Of a DNA stretch of 64,000 bases, positions 1 through 10,328 are shown piece by piece; the stretch's first letter is position 1; each line of letters starts with the position of its first letter. Below the pieces are notes generated by a model. That model did not search any database and was not told where the DNA came from. It saw only the letters and a program-made list of their open reading frames with translations. This stretch comes from an uncultured delta proteobacterium (GTDB lineage: Bacteria > Myxococcota_A > Polyangia > Haliangiales > Haliangiaceae): contig CAWKDB010000010.1 of NCBI GenBank assembly GCA_963848295.1, positions 352,001-416,000 on the forward strand, read 5' to 3'. Position numbers and translations under genes: made by a program.

Positions 1-3000
1 ACGCCTCGCGATCACCGGCGGATCCGACGACGATTCCACCGACGAGGTCGCGTCGCCGTACATGGGCCTTGCTACGTTTACCGAACAACAATCGTCACTG
101 TTCTTCGGGCGCGAACGAGAGCTCGAAGAGCTGCTCAACCGGCTCCAAACGCAGAGCCTCATCGCGATCGTCGGCCCTTCGGGTGCAGGTAAGAGCTCCT
201 TCGTACGCGCCGGGCTGTTTCCCGCGCTGGGACCGAGTTGGAGGCAGATCTCGCTGCGCCCTGGCCCGAACCCGCTTGCGAGCCTGACTGCGGCGATCGC
301 CGCCGCGGGCGGTGGCGAGGTGCGGGCAGTCGACCTCTTGCATGCCCCCGAGCAAGCCGCCGCGCGGCTTCGCACACTTGCCGAGCAAAGCCGTCTGGTG
401 GTCTTCGTCGATCAGTTCGAGGAACTGTTCACGCTATCTGCGGACGCCGAGCGCCAGCTCGCGTTTGCCAATGCGCTCGTGTCGATCGCTGAAGCAGGCA
501 ATCGCATTCGCGTCGTCCTGACGCTCCGCGACGATTTCTTGGTCCGGGCAGCCCAAGTCCCTGCGCTCAAGTCGATCGCCAGCTGGCTCCAGATCCTGAC
601 GACGCCAGCTCCAGACGATCTGCACCGGATCCTGGTCGAGCCTGCACGACGCAGTGGTTTCGCTTTCGAAGACGCCGAGTTCTCACAACAGATCGTCTCG
701 GAGGTCGCGAACCAGCCCGGGGCGTTGGCCCTGCTGTCGTTTACCGCGTCGCAGCTATGGACCTTGCGCGATCGCCTCACCAAGCAGCTGATCCGGCGTG
801 CGTATCGCGCGCTCGGTGGCGTCGGCGGGGCGCTCGCACAGCACGCCGAGAAGGTGCTCGGCTCCATGCCACCGGCGGGCCAGCGCATCGTACGAGAGCT
901 GTTCCGTCACCTGGTGACCGCCGAAGGGACGCGCGCGGTGCTCAGCCGCGAGGAGCTCGCGCAGGTCGGCGGCGGCCCCGACGCCGCCCCAGTGATCGAG
1001 ACCCTGATCACGGAACGGCTGTTGACGGCCATGGAGGCGCCGACCGGAGAGAGCATCGAGGTCGTACACGAGACGCTGCTCGTGAGCTGGCCGAGGTTGG
1101 TGGGGTGGCGTAGCCAGGACGCCGAGAACGCCCGTCTGCGCGATCAACTGCGTCTCGCGGCGCGCCAATGGCAAGACGGGGGGCGACCACGCGGAATGCT
1201 TTGGCGCGGCGAAACCCTCGCCGAGTACCAGGTGTGGCGCGCGCGCTACCCCGGCACCGTCACCGCGAGCGAGGACGCGTTTGGAGCGTCGAGCGTCGCC
1301 GAGGCGGACCGCAATCGCCGGATCAGACGGAGCCTGCTTGTTGCCACGATCGCCGCCCTGGTCGTCGCGTTGGTCGTGTTCGCGCGGCTGCGCTCTGCGG
1401 CGGACGCCAGCCGCGAGGTGGCGCAGAGCCAGTTGTTAGGTTCGTATCTGCAACAGGCGGAACGCTCGCTCAGCGCGGGCGACGCGTTCGGTGGGTTGGT
1501 GTTCGCCGATGGAGCGACCCGACTCGGGGCCGACTCGTTTGCCCAGCGCTTCTTGATCGCCCGAGCGCTGGACTCGATCTCCCCGGAGGTCGCCACCATG
1601 AGCTCATCGCCCGGCATCGCGCCTTTCGTCGGGTTTCTCCCCGACGGTTCGGTTGCCGCCATCGGCAACGATGCGATTCTTCGGCGATGGTCGGCGACGG
1701 GCGCGCTGTTGTGGTCGACGAGTCCGGGCGCCACCGGCGGAAACTGGTGGCTCGCCACCGATCCCACCGGCCATTGGATTGCGACCGCTGCGGAGGACTC
1801 GATCGACTTGTGGACGCTGGACGGCCATCTCGCTCGACAGCTCAGAGGTCACCATGGGCAGATCGCGATGCTCAAGTTCTCCGCCGATGGGCGCAGCCTG
1901 CTCTCGACGGGATTCGATGGTACGGGCCGGATTTGGGATCTCGGCTCCGAACGCGTCCGCGTGCTGGATACGAAATTCGCCGGTCGGGCGGCAGGCGATC
2001 TCGTCGGAGATCGGGTCGTCGTGGTCGGCTCCGACGACATCGGATCGGCGAACGTGGTGATCGGGTCGCGCGGTAGCGCCGCGCCGGAGCGCGTCGCTCA
2101 GCCTCTCGGCCAGTACATCCCTATCTCCGTGGCGATTTCCGCCGACGGGCGTCGCGCCGCGTTCGGTTCCGCCGACGGTCCGATCCACGTCTGGGATCTC
2201 GAGACTCGATCCGAGATCGCGACGTTGACCGGGCACGAGGGAGCCGTGACCGCGCTGGCATTCTCCAAGGACGGCCAGCTCGTTTCGGGAGGCGTCGATT
2301 CCACCGTCCGCGTGTGGTCGATCTCGGCCGGGAGAATGGTTCGGTCGCTCGTAGGCCATCACGGTCAGCTCAAGATGATGGTCTTCGCCCCCGATGGACG
2401 GCTGCTTACCGGCGCCGCCGATGGGACCGCACGTCTCTGGGATATTTCGAGCGGCTCTAATCTGCGGACCTTCACGCACGGCGGTGGAATGATCGACGTC
2501 GCCGTCAACAAGGATGCCAGCCGGATCGCCACCGCGAGCGGGCTGGGAACCGTCAAGATCTGGCGCACCGACAGCGCGGTCGGGATCGACCCGTTGGCGG
2601 AGGCGGCCCCCGATCCGACCATGACGAATCCTTGGGTCTCGACCGACGGGACGCGGTTGCTCCGCGCAAGCTCGGCAGGCTGCGAGCTGTGGGATCTGAC
2701 GACGCGACGGCTGGTGACGAGGCTTGGCGGTGGCAAAGCGCTGTGCGCCGCGACCGACGAGCATGTCTATGTCGCCGACGGTGCCGCCCTCACGATCGCG
2801 AAGCTCCGAGACGGTGCGCCGATCACGCAGCTCAGCGCGCCGTTCGGCGTTGAAGAACTGTGCATCGATCCGGCCCATGACTGGATCGTCGTCGGCGGGA
2901 AGCTCCCCGGCCCGCTCGCCGTGCTCGACGACACCGGCCGCGTGCTCGGCAACGGTACGGCTGACGAAAGCGCGACGCTGATCTGCGAACCGAACGGAGT

Positions 3001-3616
3001 CGCCGCCTTCGGCGACCGGGTCACCTTCTTCGCGTCGCCCGACCTCGCGCGGCGAGGCAGCGAGCAGCTGCCCTCGTACGGCTTCGCGAGGTTCTACCCG
3101 GGGCTCGGCATCGTCAGCCAATCGGCGCGGACCGACCTCGCTGTCTGGCAAAGCGGGGTCCGGGTCGCCACGATCAAGTATCCCGGTCTGATCGGAGCGA
3201 TCGCTGTTAGCGACGGGAACCTGGCGGTCGGCCTCTATGACGGCGCGATCGTCGAGCGACAGAGGCCGGCACTGGTAGCGCCCGAGACCTTCAAGGCCCA
3301 TGGGGCGGCGGTACGCGCGCTCGCGAGTGACACGAGGATGCTCGCTTCGATCGCGCTCGACGGGACCCTCCAGATTCGCGAACACGGCGTGGCTAATCCG
3401 ATCTACGAGGCCCACGTCTCGCCCCTCACCTATTGGGCGGCGTTTGCCGGTGACTCGCTCGTGACGACGGATGGCGACCACGTCGAGCTACAACATCTCG
3501 ATGTCTATCATGGGACCGCCGACGAGCTAGCGCGCCTCGCGGCGTGCAAGGTTCCCGACCAGGTGCGCGCGCAACTCGCCGGGCCGCCCCCGGCGGCTCC
3601 CTGCGCCGATAGATAG
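1..3616 (+). CDS. nSTAND1-type NTPase + transmembrane helix + WD40 repeats (5'-truncated by the window edge; possibly preceded by a kinase domain)
   Basis: Frame open from base 2 (..SPYMGLATF, the nSTAND1 PYxGL motif); Walker A GPSGAGKSS; Walker B VVFVDQFEELF; HETLLVSWPRL; hydrophobic LLVATIAALVVALVVF; GH...WD repeats. Confidence 0.9.
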   Translation, partial: RLAITGGSDDDSTDEVASPYMGLATFTEQQSSLFFGRERELEELLNRLQTQSLIAIVGPSGAGKSSFVRAGLFPALGPSWRQISLRPGPNPLASLTAAIAAAGGGEVRAVDLLHAPEQAAARLRTLAEQSRLVVFVDQFEELFTLSADAERQLAFANALVSIAEAGNRIRVVLTLRDDFLVRAAQVPALKSIASWLQILTTPAPDDLHRILVEPARRSGFAFEDAEFSQQIVSEVANQPGALALLSFTASQLWTLRDRLTKQLIRRAYRALGGVGGALAQHAEKVLGSMPPAGQRIVRELFRHLVTAEGTRAVLSREELAQVGGGPDAAPVIETLITERLLTAMEAPTGESIEVVHETLLVSWPRLVGWRSQDAENARLRDQLRLAARQWQDGGRPRGMLWRGETLAEYQVWRARYPGTVTASEDAFGASSVAEADRNRRIRRSLLVATIAALVVALVVFARLRSAADASREVAQSQLLGSYLQQAERSLSAGDAFGGLVFADGATRLGADSFAQRFLIARALDSISPEVATMSSSPGIAPFVGFLPDGSVAAIGNDAILRRWSATGALLWSTSPGATGGNWWLATDPTGHWIATAAEDSIDLWTLDGHLARQLRGHHGQIAMLKFSADGRSLLSTGFDGTGRIWDLGSERVRVLDTKFAGRAAGDLVGDRVVVVGSDDIGSANVVIGSRGSAAPERVAQPLGQYIPISVAISADGRRAAFGSADGPIHVWDLETRSEIATLTGHEGAVTALAFSKDGQLVSGGVDSTVRVWSISAGRMVRSLVGHHGQLKMMVFAPDGRLLTGAADGTARLWDISSGSNLRTFTHGGGMIDVAVNKDASRIATASGLGTVKIWRTDSAVGIDPLAEAAPDPTMTNPWVSTDGTRLLRASSAGCELWDLTTRRLVTRLGGGKALCAATDEHVYVADGAALTIAKLRDGAPITQLSAPFGVEELCIDPAHDWIVVGGKLPGPLAVLDDTGRVLGNGTADESATLICEPNGVAAFGDRVTFFASPDLARRGSEQLPSYGFARFYPGLGIVSQSARTDLAVWQSGVRVATIKYPGLIGAIAVSDGNLAVGLYDGAIVERQRPALVAPETFKAHGAAVRALASDTRMLASIALDGTLQIREHGVANPIYEAHVSPLTYWAAFAGDSLVTTDGDHVELQHLDVYHGTADELARLAACKVPDQVRAQLAGPPPAAPCADR

Positions 3617-3668
3617 TCGGTGGACGTGGTGACTCGCGTAGTAGAATACGTGAAGTGAGGGCCGATCA

Positions 3669-5612
3669 TTGACCTACGACATCGCGCTCGTCACGATGCC
3701 TTGGTCGAGCCTGTCTTTTCCGTCGATCCAACTCGGCACCGTAGCGAGCCTCCTCGCTCGCGACGGCATCTCGACTCGTAGTTTTCACTACAACCTCAGG
3801 TTCGCCGAGTTCGCGATCGGGCGGACTGCGAGCTTGCCGCCCGCGGAGCGAGTGACCCTCCAGATCCTTCACCAGATCGCGGAGAGTCAACACATCGGCG
3901 AGTGGATCTTCGCGGTACCACCATTCCGCGAACGCGACGACGCATCCGACCAAGCGTTTCGCGAATTGACCGAGCAACGATCCATCCCTGGCGGCCGGAT
4001 CGAGACTCTCTACCAGCTCCGCGAGCTCGCCGAACCGTTCCTCGCTTCATGCGCAGACGAGCTGATCGCCACAGGTGTACGCGTCGTTGCGTTCACCAGT
4101 AGCTTCAATCAGAACGTCTCGTCGCTAGCGCTCGCCAAGATGCTCAAGCAACGGTCGCGAGAAATCTCGATTGTATTCGGAGGTGCGAACTGCGACGGCG
4201 TCATGGGAGCTGCCCTGCACGCCCTGTTCCCCTGGGTCGACGTTGTCGTGCGCGGGGAAGCGGAGCGGGTCGCGGCCCCGGTCTTTGCGGCCCTCCTCGC
4301 GCGACAGCCGGTCCCCGTACTTCCTGGCGTGTGCGTGCGCAACGACGGCGTGTCGGTCGCCCATCCTCTCCCTAACGACACCGTTCCGATGACCGATGTA
4401 CCGGCTCCCGACTACACCGACTACATCGCAGCGGTCACCGAGAGTCCGCTTGCCGGGGAGCTCGTTCCTTCGATTCGCTTGCTCTACGAGAGCGCGCGAG
4501 GTTGTTGGTGGGGCGAAAAAAATCACTGCACGTTCTGCGGGCTCAACGGTTCGACGATGAAATTCCGGAGCAAGCCGCCGAGCCAAACGTTCGACGAAAT
4601 GGTCGACATGGCACAGCGCTATCACTCGCTGCGCTTCCAGGTCGTCGACAACATCATCGAGATGGGGTACCTGCGCGAGCTACTGCCGCGGCTACGCGAA
4701 ACCGGCTGGAACTGGGATGTGTTCTACGAGACAAAAGCGAACCTCAAGAAGGCTCAGCTCCGACTTTTCCGCGAAGCAGGGGTGCGCACGATTCAACCAG
4801 GGATCGAGAGCCTCAGCACCCCGACGCTAAAGCTGATGAACAAAGGGGTCACCGCGCTCCAGAACATTCGTTTGCTGAAGTGGTGCGCTGAGCTCGAGAT
4901 CCGACCGGCGTGGAACTTGATCTTTGGGTTCCCCGGTGAAGACCCCGCGGAGTACGAGCGCATGGCGCAGGTGATCCCATCGCTCGTGCACTTTCGCGCG
5001 CCCGCGGCAACTCCGCTAGCGGTCGAGAGGTTCAGCCCGTACTTCAACGAGCCGGCTCGGTACGGCATCGAGATCGTAGGACCAGCGGCGCGATACCCGC
5101 TGTTTTACCCGTTCACGAGAACACAGCTCACGGACCTCGCATACGCATTCGAGTATCGCTATCTCGACGGCCGGACGCCGACCAGTTATGCCCAGCCCAT
5201 GCTCGCCGCGGTCACAGCATGGAACGCCGCGTCGAACACCGGAGCGCTGATCTTCGAGAAGGGCCCCGGCTTCATCACGATCGACGATCACCGGACGACC
5301 GTCGATCCCGCGCACTATACGTTCGAAGAGGAAGAAGCGGCGATCTATCTCGCGTGCGACGCTGGCGCGACGCCCGCCCAGGTGCGCGCCACGCTGATCG
5401 CTGATGGCCACGATGCGTTCTCCGAAGACGAGATTCGCGAGTTCCTCGATGGGTTGGTCGAGTCGCGCCTCGTCTACGAAGAGCGCGGCCGCTACCTCTC
5501 TCTCGCGATCGATCGCGATCCGCTGCGTGCGCTTCGCGGCGACGCGGAGGCAGCCGACGAGGCAGAGCCAGCGCCCGGCCTGATCGCGATCGGCCGCAAG
5601 CGCGCCAGCTGA
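3669..5612 (+). CDS. B12-binding radical SAM RiPP maturation C-methyltransferase (TIGR03975-like)
   Basis: N-terminal MPW..PSIQLG, cobalamin-binding region GGANCDG..VVRGEAE, Cx7Cx2C motif RGCWWGEKNHCTFCGLNG, IQPGIESLS, ERFSPYF. Confidence 0.9.
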   Translation: MTYDIALVTMPWSSLSFPSIQLGTVASLLARDGISTRSFHYNLRFAEFAIGRTASLPPAERVTLQILHQIAESQHIGEWIFAVPPFRERDDASDQAFRELTEQRSIPGGRIETLYQLRELAEPFLASCADELIATGVRVVAFTSSFNQNVSSLALAKMLKQRSREISIVFGGANCDGVMGAALHALFPWVDVVVRGEAERVAAPVFAALLARQPVPVLPGVCVRNDGVSVAHPLPNDTVPMTDVPAPDYTDYIAAVTESPLAGELVPSIRLLYESARGCWWGEKNHCTFCGLNGSTMKFRSKPPSQTFDEMVDMAQRYHSLRFQVVDNIIEMGYLRELLPRLRETGWNWDVFYETKANLKKAQLRLFREAGVRTIQPGIESLSTPTLKLMNKGVTALQNIRLLKWCAELEIRPAWNLIFGFPGEDPAEYERMAQVIPSLVHFRAPAATPLAVERFSPYFNEPARYGIEIVGPAARYPLFYPFTRTQLTDLAYAFEYRYLDGRTPTSYAQPMLAAVTAWNAASNTGALIFEKGPGFITIDDHRTTVDPAHYTFEEEEAAIYLACDAGATPAQVRATLIADGHDAFSEDEIREFLDGLVESRLVYEERGRYLSLAIDRDPLRALRGDAEAADEAEPAPGLIAIGRKRAS

Positions 5613-5756
5613 TCGTTACGAGCTCGCCGGCCCGCGATCGGCGGTACGGGTCCGTGTAAGCCCGTTTGTAAACACACTCCCTCGCATCGATTCCTGGCGC
5701 CCTACTGACACGCAGGCATCGATCGTATACCGTCGGCGACCTCAAGGAGGTTCGAG

Positions 5757-6854
5757 ATGCGAGAAGGCTTGTTGGTCGTATTGGTGGGCGCCGCGCTCGC
5801 AGTCCCCGTTGCGGCCGCCGCCGCACCGCCGCTCCCAGGACTCCAGCACTCCCCGCCGATCTTCATGGACGAGGCGACACCGTTCGTCCAACTGATGAAC
5901 CAGTCGAACGGGTACTGGTTCATGGTCCATGCGCAGGTCGCCGGCATGCCTCCGAAGTCGCCGGTGCGCCTCGACTGGACCTCGGGCGGCAAGGTCGTGG
6001 CGAGCATCAAGTGCGACCTCCACCAAGGCATCTACCGCGACACGATCGGCGTGCAGTGTGACTACCGCGACAAGCCGCTCAAGGCCGCGGGCGCGATCAA
6101 CGCCAAGCTGATCGTGACCGACGACGCGGACGACAAGGAGTACTTGATCCGCGATCTGAAGGTCAACGCGACGCCGTATCGCGGCGACGCGAACGGGCCG
6201 ATCTGGCAGATCGTCCCCGACGACGTCCTCGGCGCCGGTTACGCGGTGCATATCCATACCGGAGAGCAAACCGCGCGCGAGGGCGAGATCGGCTTCAACT
6301 TCTGGATCAGTGGTCCGCTGCAGCACCCGCAAGGGCAGCTGCGCTGCTCGATCGATGGCAAGCAGCTCCAAGACGACTTCGAGGGCGAGTTCGAAGACAT
6401 GGGCCACGGCGAGGAGGAGGAGATCTCGACCAAGATCATCCCGAAGCACGGTAAGGCGACGTACTACTACTGGAAGCACGTCCAGTTCCTCGTGGGCCAG
6501 CTGTACTTCGGCAAGGACAAGCACGGCGATCACTTCGTGCTCGGGGATCATCCGGGCGCGTGGAGCTGCGACCTGCGGCTCGACCACCAGGTGCTCCGCA
6601 CGTTCGTGTTCACCGTCGACGACAAGGGGCGGATCCAGTCGGGCGCGATGCAGCAGGCCAAGGATTCACCACCGCTGCCCGCGGATGTCGCGTGGATCGA
6701 GATGCGCTTTCCCAAGTCGAATTCGGTGGACACCCGGATCAGGCCCGCGGCCATGAAGCACAGCCGCGGCTTCGGGCTGCCGTGGCCGAGCGATCCGAGC
6801 GTGAAAGCGCTCCATGCCATGTTCCCGGCCTCGGTCGGGCGAGGAGAGCCGTGA
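5757..6854 (+). CDS. Secreted hypothetical protein, paralog 1
   Basis: AAGGAGG RBS, signal peptide, GC-rich third positions; similar along its length to the next gene. Confidence 0.85.
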   Translation: MREGLLVVLVGAALAVPVAAAAAPPLPGLQHSPPIFMDEATPFVQLMNQSNGYWFMVHAQVAGMPPKSPVRLDWTSGGKVVASIKCDLHQGIYRDTIGVQCDYRDKPLKAAGAINAKLIVTDDADDKEYLIRDLKVNATPYRGDANGPIWQIVPDDVLGAGYAVHIHTGEQTAREGEIGFNFWISGPLQHPQGQLRCSIDGKQLQDDFEGEFEDMGHGEEEEISTKIIPKHGKATYYYWKHVQFLVGQLYFGKDKHGDHFVLGDHPGAWSCDLRLDHQVLRTFVFTVDDKGRIQSGAMQQAKDSPPLPADVAWIEMRFPKSNSVDTRIRPAAMKHSRGFGLPWPSDPSVKALHAMFPASVGRGEP

Positions 6855-7939
6855 TGCGCGGCTCGATCGTCGTCGCGATGACGCTCGCTGCGTCGGTGGC
6901 CCACGCCCATGGTCCGCTCGTGCCCGGCACGCAGCACACCCCGCCGCGGTTCGTCGACGAGTCCCACGTGCTGTTGCACCTGACCTACTCGCAATCGACG
7001 ACCAAGGGCTATCGCTTCTACTTGAAGGCGAACGTCGCCGGCTACACGTCGAACGCCGACACCATTCGCCTCGATTGGAAGAGCCACGGCAAGGTCGTCG
7101 CCAGCGCGAAGTGTGTCGGGACGGGCGAGCCGGCGCCCGCGGGCGTGTCCGAGATCAGTTGCGACTACGGCGACAAGGGCATCCACGCCAAGGGCCCGAT
7201 CGACGCGCAACTCGTCTACACCGACGACCACGACGACAAGGACTACCTGTTGCGCGACTTCAACGTGACCGTCGCCCAGTGGCCGAGCTTCGGCGACGAG
7301 GTCTGGCAGATCATGGGCGACGACCTGCTCGGCGCGGCGTACGCGAGGCATCTCGCGGACGGCAACGCGGCCAGCGCCCACAAGGTGGCGTTCTCGTTCT
7401 GGACGACCGCGCCCGACAAGGGTCACGACTGGGAGCTCCGTTGCACGGTCAACGGCACCAAGATCCCCGACCTCGATGCCGCCGGGATCGAAGGCGTGGG
7501 CTCGATCCAGGCGGATCAGGTGAAGAAGGGCACCGGCGCGCATACGCTGTATTCGTGGGTCCAGCTGGTGGTCGTGCCCAACATCTACTGGGGGCCGAAG
7601 AAGGAAGACAAGCACCCCAACGCCGCGTGGCTGATCGATCACGCCGGCGATTGGGTGTGCAACCTGCGCACGGATGCCAAGAACGTGCGCGAGCTGCGGT
7701 TTCACGTGAACGATCAAGGCATGGTCGAGTCCGATCCGATGGCCGCGGCCGGTCCGCCACTCGCCGACGGGACGGCCCTCGTCGACGTTCGCATCCCCAA
7801 GGATTCGAAGTTCGATCTGCGGGTGCGCCCAGCCGCGATGACGAAGAGTCGCGGCTACGGCCTTCCGTGGCCCAAGCATCCGAACGTGAAGGCGATCCTC
7901 GGCTCGCTGCCGCCGTCCAGCGGCCTGCCCGACCCGTAG
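6854..7939 (+). CDS. Secreted hypothetical protein, paralog 2
   Basis: ATG at 6854 overlaps the upstream stop (TGATG); signal peptide MRGSIVVAMTLAASVAHA; shared motifs with paralog 1. Confidence 0.85.
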   Translation: MRGSIVVAMTLAASVAHAHGPLVPGTQHTPPRFVDESHVLLHLTYSQSTTKGYRFYLKANVAGYTSNADTIRLDWKSHGKVVASAKCVGTGEPAPAGVSEISCDYGDKGIHAKGPIDAQLVYTDDHDDKDYLLRDFNVTVAQWPSFGDEVWQIMGDDLLGAAYARHLADGNAASAHKVAFSFWTTAPDKGHDWELRCTVNGTKIPDLDAAGIEGVGSIQADQVKKGTGAHTLYSWVQLVVVPNIYWGPKKEDKHPNAAWLIDHAGDWVCNLRTDAKNVRELRFHVNDQGMVESDPMAAAGPPLADGTALVDVRIPKDSKFDLRVRPAAMTKSRGYGLPWPKHPNVKAILGSLPPSSGLPDP

Positions 7940-7960
7940 CCTGCTGCACCGCTCCGCCGT

Positions 7961-7983
7961 GCGATCGATTTCGAGTCGATCGC
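7961..7983. terminator. Hairpin between convergent genes, possible terminator
   Basis: GCGATCGATT-TCG-AGTCGATCGC stem-loop; no U-tract. Confidence 0.35.
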
Positions 7984-8003
7984 CGAACCGCGCACGCGAT
8001 CGT

Positions 8004-8294
8004 TCAGCCCCTCGGACTGCGATCCAGGCTCGCCTGCAGCACGCGATCGAGCGCGCTGATCTGGCGCATGAAGCGTTCGCGCTTCGTCGGGCCGTCGCTC
8101 ATCAACGACGCCATCGCATTGCGCGTCTCGAGCACGCGCATCCACGCGTGAGCCGGGTCGCCCGCTGCGAGCTCGTCGATCGCGACCAGGCGGAAGCATG
8201 CGAACCCGAGGTTCGTCACGCTCGGATCGCGCATGGGCTTGCGGCGCGCGACGGGGGGCCGGTTGCGGTAGCTCAGGCCATAAGAGCGGGTCAT
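8004..8294 (-). CDS. Small hypothetical protein
   Basis: ORF fills the gap; ATG at 8294; start uncertain. Confidence 0.5.
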   Translation of the reverse strand: MTRSYGLSYRNRPPVARRKPMRDPSVTNLGFACFRLVAIDELAAGDPAHAWMRVLETRNAMASLMSDGPTKRERFMRQISALDRVLQASLDRSPRG

Positions 8295-8421
8295 GCCAGC
8301 TGGATGAGCAAGCCCGGGACCAGCGGCGATGTGTGCGTAACCTCGTCGTACGGCACCTGAACCGACGCCGGTTCGCGCCACTTAGGCAGACCGCGCCGCC
8401 GGGCGGTGCATTCGCGGCAGA

Positions 8422-9516
8422 TCAACGCTCGCAGCCGACCAGGGGGCCGCCGTTCGCGACTCCGATCTCGGCCGACGATCGGCGAATCGAGAGCTCGACC
8501 GCCCCGCCCGTGGTCGACAGCGAGCGCGCGATCACGGCGACCGGGCAGTGCGCAGCGGGAATCGTCAGGTCGGTGACGCCGTCCACGGTCGCATGAGCGA
8601 GCGCCGTGATCGCGGGAAGCGCGGCGCCGGCGAGATACGCGCGCGCGATCGCCTCGGCGTCGTCGCGACACGCGAGCGCGACGTCGATCGGTTCGGCACC
8701 TCCAGCGGCTCGCTCCACGTGGACGGTCATCCCGTTCTGTGCGCGTTGCGGGCCGAGCATCAGCACGCCGCCCGGGTGCAGCTCGAACTCGGTCGTCGAT
8801 GGCTCGATGACGTCGGGTGGCGCGAGCTGGCCCTTGGGCGTGTGACCGACCGTCGTGCGCGCGAGGCCGGTACACAGATCGACCGTGATCGTCAGGCCCT
8901 CGGCGAGCTCCGCCGTGAACTGCGCGGTGCCTTCGCGCTTCGCTTCGCTGACGCCCTCGCGTGCGGGCGAGCGCAACAAGGCAGTCGCGACCCCGCCGAC
9001 CACGGACGACCACGCGCCGCTGTGACCGACGTCGACCCCGCCGATCGGATCGAGCGCGACGACCGGCTCGCGCGATGGCGAGAACCACAGCGAAGCGACG
9101 TGCGTCTTGCCGTCGTAACCGAGATCGAGGACACCGGCGATCGTCGCGTGGGCGTCGAACCGGACGTACTGATGCACCGCGAACGTGCCACCTACCTTGT
9201 GCATCGTCTTGTCGACCCACTGCCAACCACTCCCCGACAGCTTGAACGTCACGTTCATCCCGTCGTGCACGCTCGTGCAGTCGCGGAACCACAACACGCC
9301 GGTCACGACGTCATGGCGACCAGCCGCGCGCAGCGCGTGAAACCGGTCGCGGATCCGATCGCACGCCTTCTGGGTCGCGATCTCGGTGACCAGCATGCGG
9401 ACATCGGCGTCGCCGACCGCGTCGCGTACGGGCGCTGCCACGAGCGCGGGCCCCGCAGCGTGACCGCATCCGATCCCGGCCGACAACAACAACAGCCACG
9501 ATCGGTTCACCCCCAC
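8422..9516 (-). CDS. Hypothetical lipoprotein
   Basis: Lipobox-like LLLLSAGIGC; 364-aa ORF. Confidence 0.75.
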   Translation of the reverse strand: MGVNRSWLLLLSAGIGCGHAAGPALVAAPVRDAVGDADVRMLVTEIATQKACDRIRDRFHALRAAGRHDVVTGVLWFRDCTSVHDGMNVTFKLSGSGWQWVDKTMHKVGGTFAVHQYVRFDAHATIAGVLDLGYDGKTHVASLWFSPSREPVVALDPIGGVDVGHSGAWSSVVGGVATALLRSPAREGVSEAKREGTAQFTAELAEGLTITVDLCTGLARTTVGHTPKGQLAPPDVIEPSTTEFELHPGGVLMLGPQRAQNGMTVHVERAAGGAEPIDVALACRDDAEAIARAYLAGAALPAITALAHATVDGVTDLTIPAAHCPVAVIARSLSTTGGAVELSIRRSSAEIGVANGGPLVGCER

Positions 9517-9575
9517 AGAGTCTCATCGCCGCGGCGCGAACCGACATGAAGATGTGTTTCAGCAAGCCGAGCGAG

Positions 9576-10238
9576 TCACAACGCGAACAAGCGGACGCCG
9601 AACGATGCGCCCGAGAACCACCCGTCGCGATAGATCACCGGCGCGACGTAGACGCACGCCGCCGAGCTCCGCCCGAGCACACCACCGAACGCGCTGTACT
9701 GCGTGCACGCTTGGAAGTCGGCCGACATCATGTAGAAGTGATCGCGACCGCTGATCGGGGCCTCGCCGTTGTGGAATTCTTCGCTGATCCATTCGATCGC
9801 CGGCACGAGCTGCGCACCGACCAGCCACTTCTGCGTGCGATAGCCGTATCCCGGTGACGGCAGCTCGATCGTCGCGAGCTGGGCACCGGTGAGCATCGGC
9901 TCGCCGGCCGACATCGGCTTGCCGCCGGCGATGCCGGCCTCGAAGCTACCGCCGAGCGAGTAGTACCCGAACCGCCCCATGTGCCCGCCACCGATGTAGG
10001 TGCGAAACCCGATGCCGGCGAACACCTCGGACCGACGTGACGAGACGAGGCCGTTGCCGAGATCGAGGGGCGGCAGCGACGGGATGTCGACCGCGTCGAC
10101 CGACACCACGAGCAGCGATGGACCAGCCATCGCGGGATATGCGCTCGGTGCGGGTAACGGGGTGCCGAGATCATCGGACGGATCGGCCCGACCGACGAGC
10201 GGCGCGGCAACGACGGCAAGCACGACGAGCCGCTTCAT
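9576..10238 (-). CDS. Secreted protein, possible outer-membrane beta-barrel
   Basis: Signal peptide; amphipathic strands; C-terminus GASFGVRLFAL. Confidence 0.65.
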   Translation of the reverse strand: MKRLVVLAVVAAPLVGRADPSDDLGTPLPAPSAYPAMAGPSLLVVSVDAVDIPSLPPLDLGNGLVSSRRSEVFAGIGFRTYIGGGHMGRFGYYSLGGSFEAGIAGGKPMSAGEPMLTGAQLATIELPSPGYGYRTQKWLVGAQLVPAIEWISEEFHNGEAPISGRDHFYMMSADFQACTQYSAFGGVLGRSSAACVYVAPVIYRDGWFSGASFGVRLFAL

Positions 10239-10328
10239 TGCAGCTCGAGGCTGCCGGTCAGCCTCCCCCTGCTCGGCGTTAAGGCTTCGTTGCCGCGACG
10301 GCGACCACCTTCGCAGCGAGGCGGTGAG

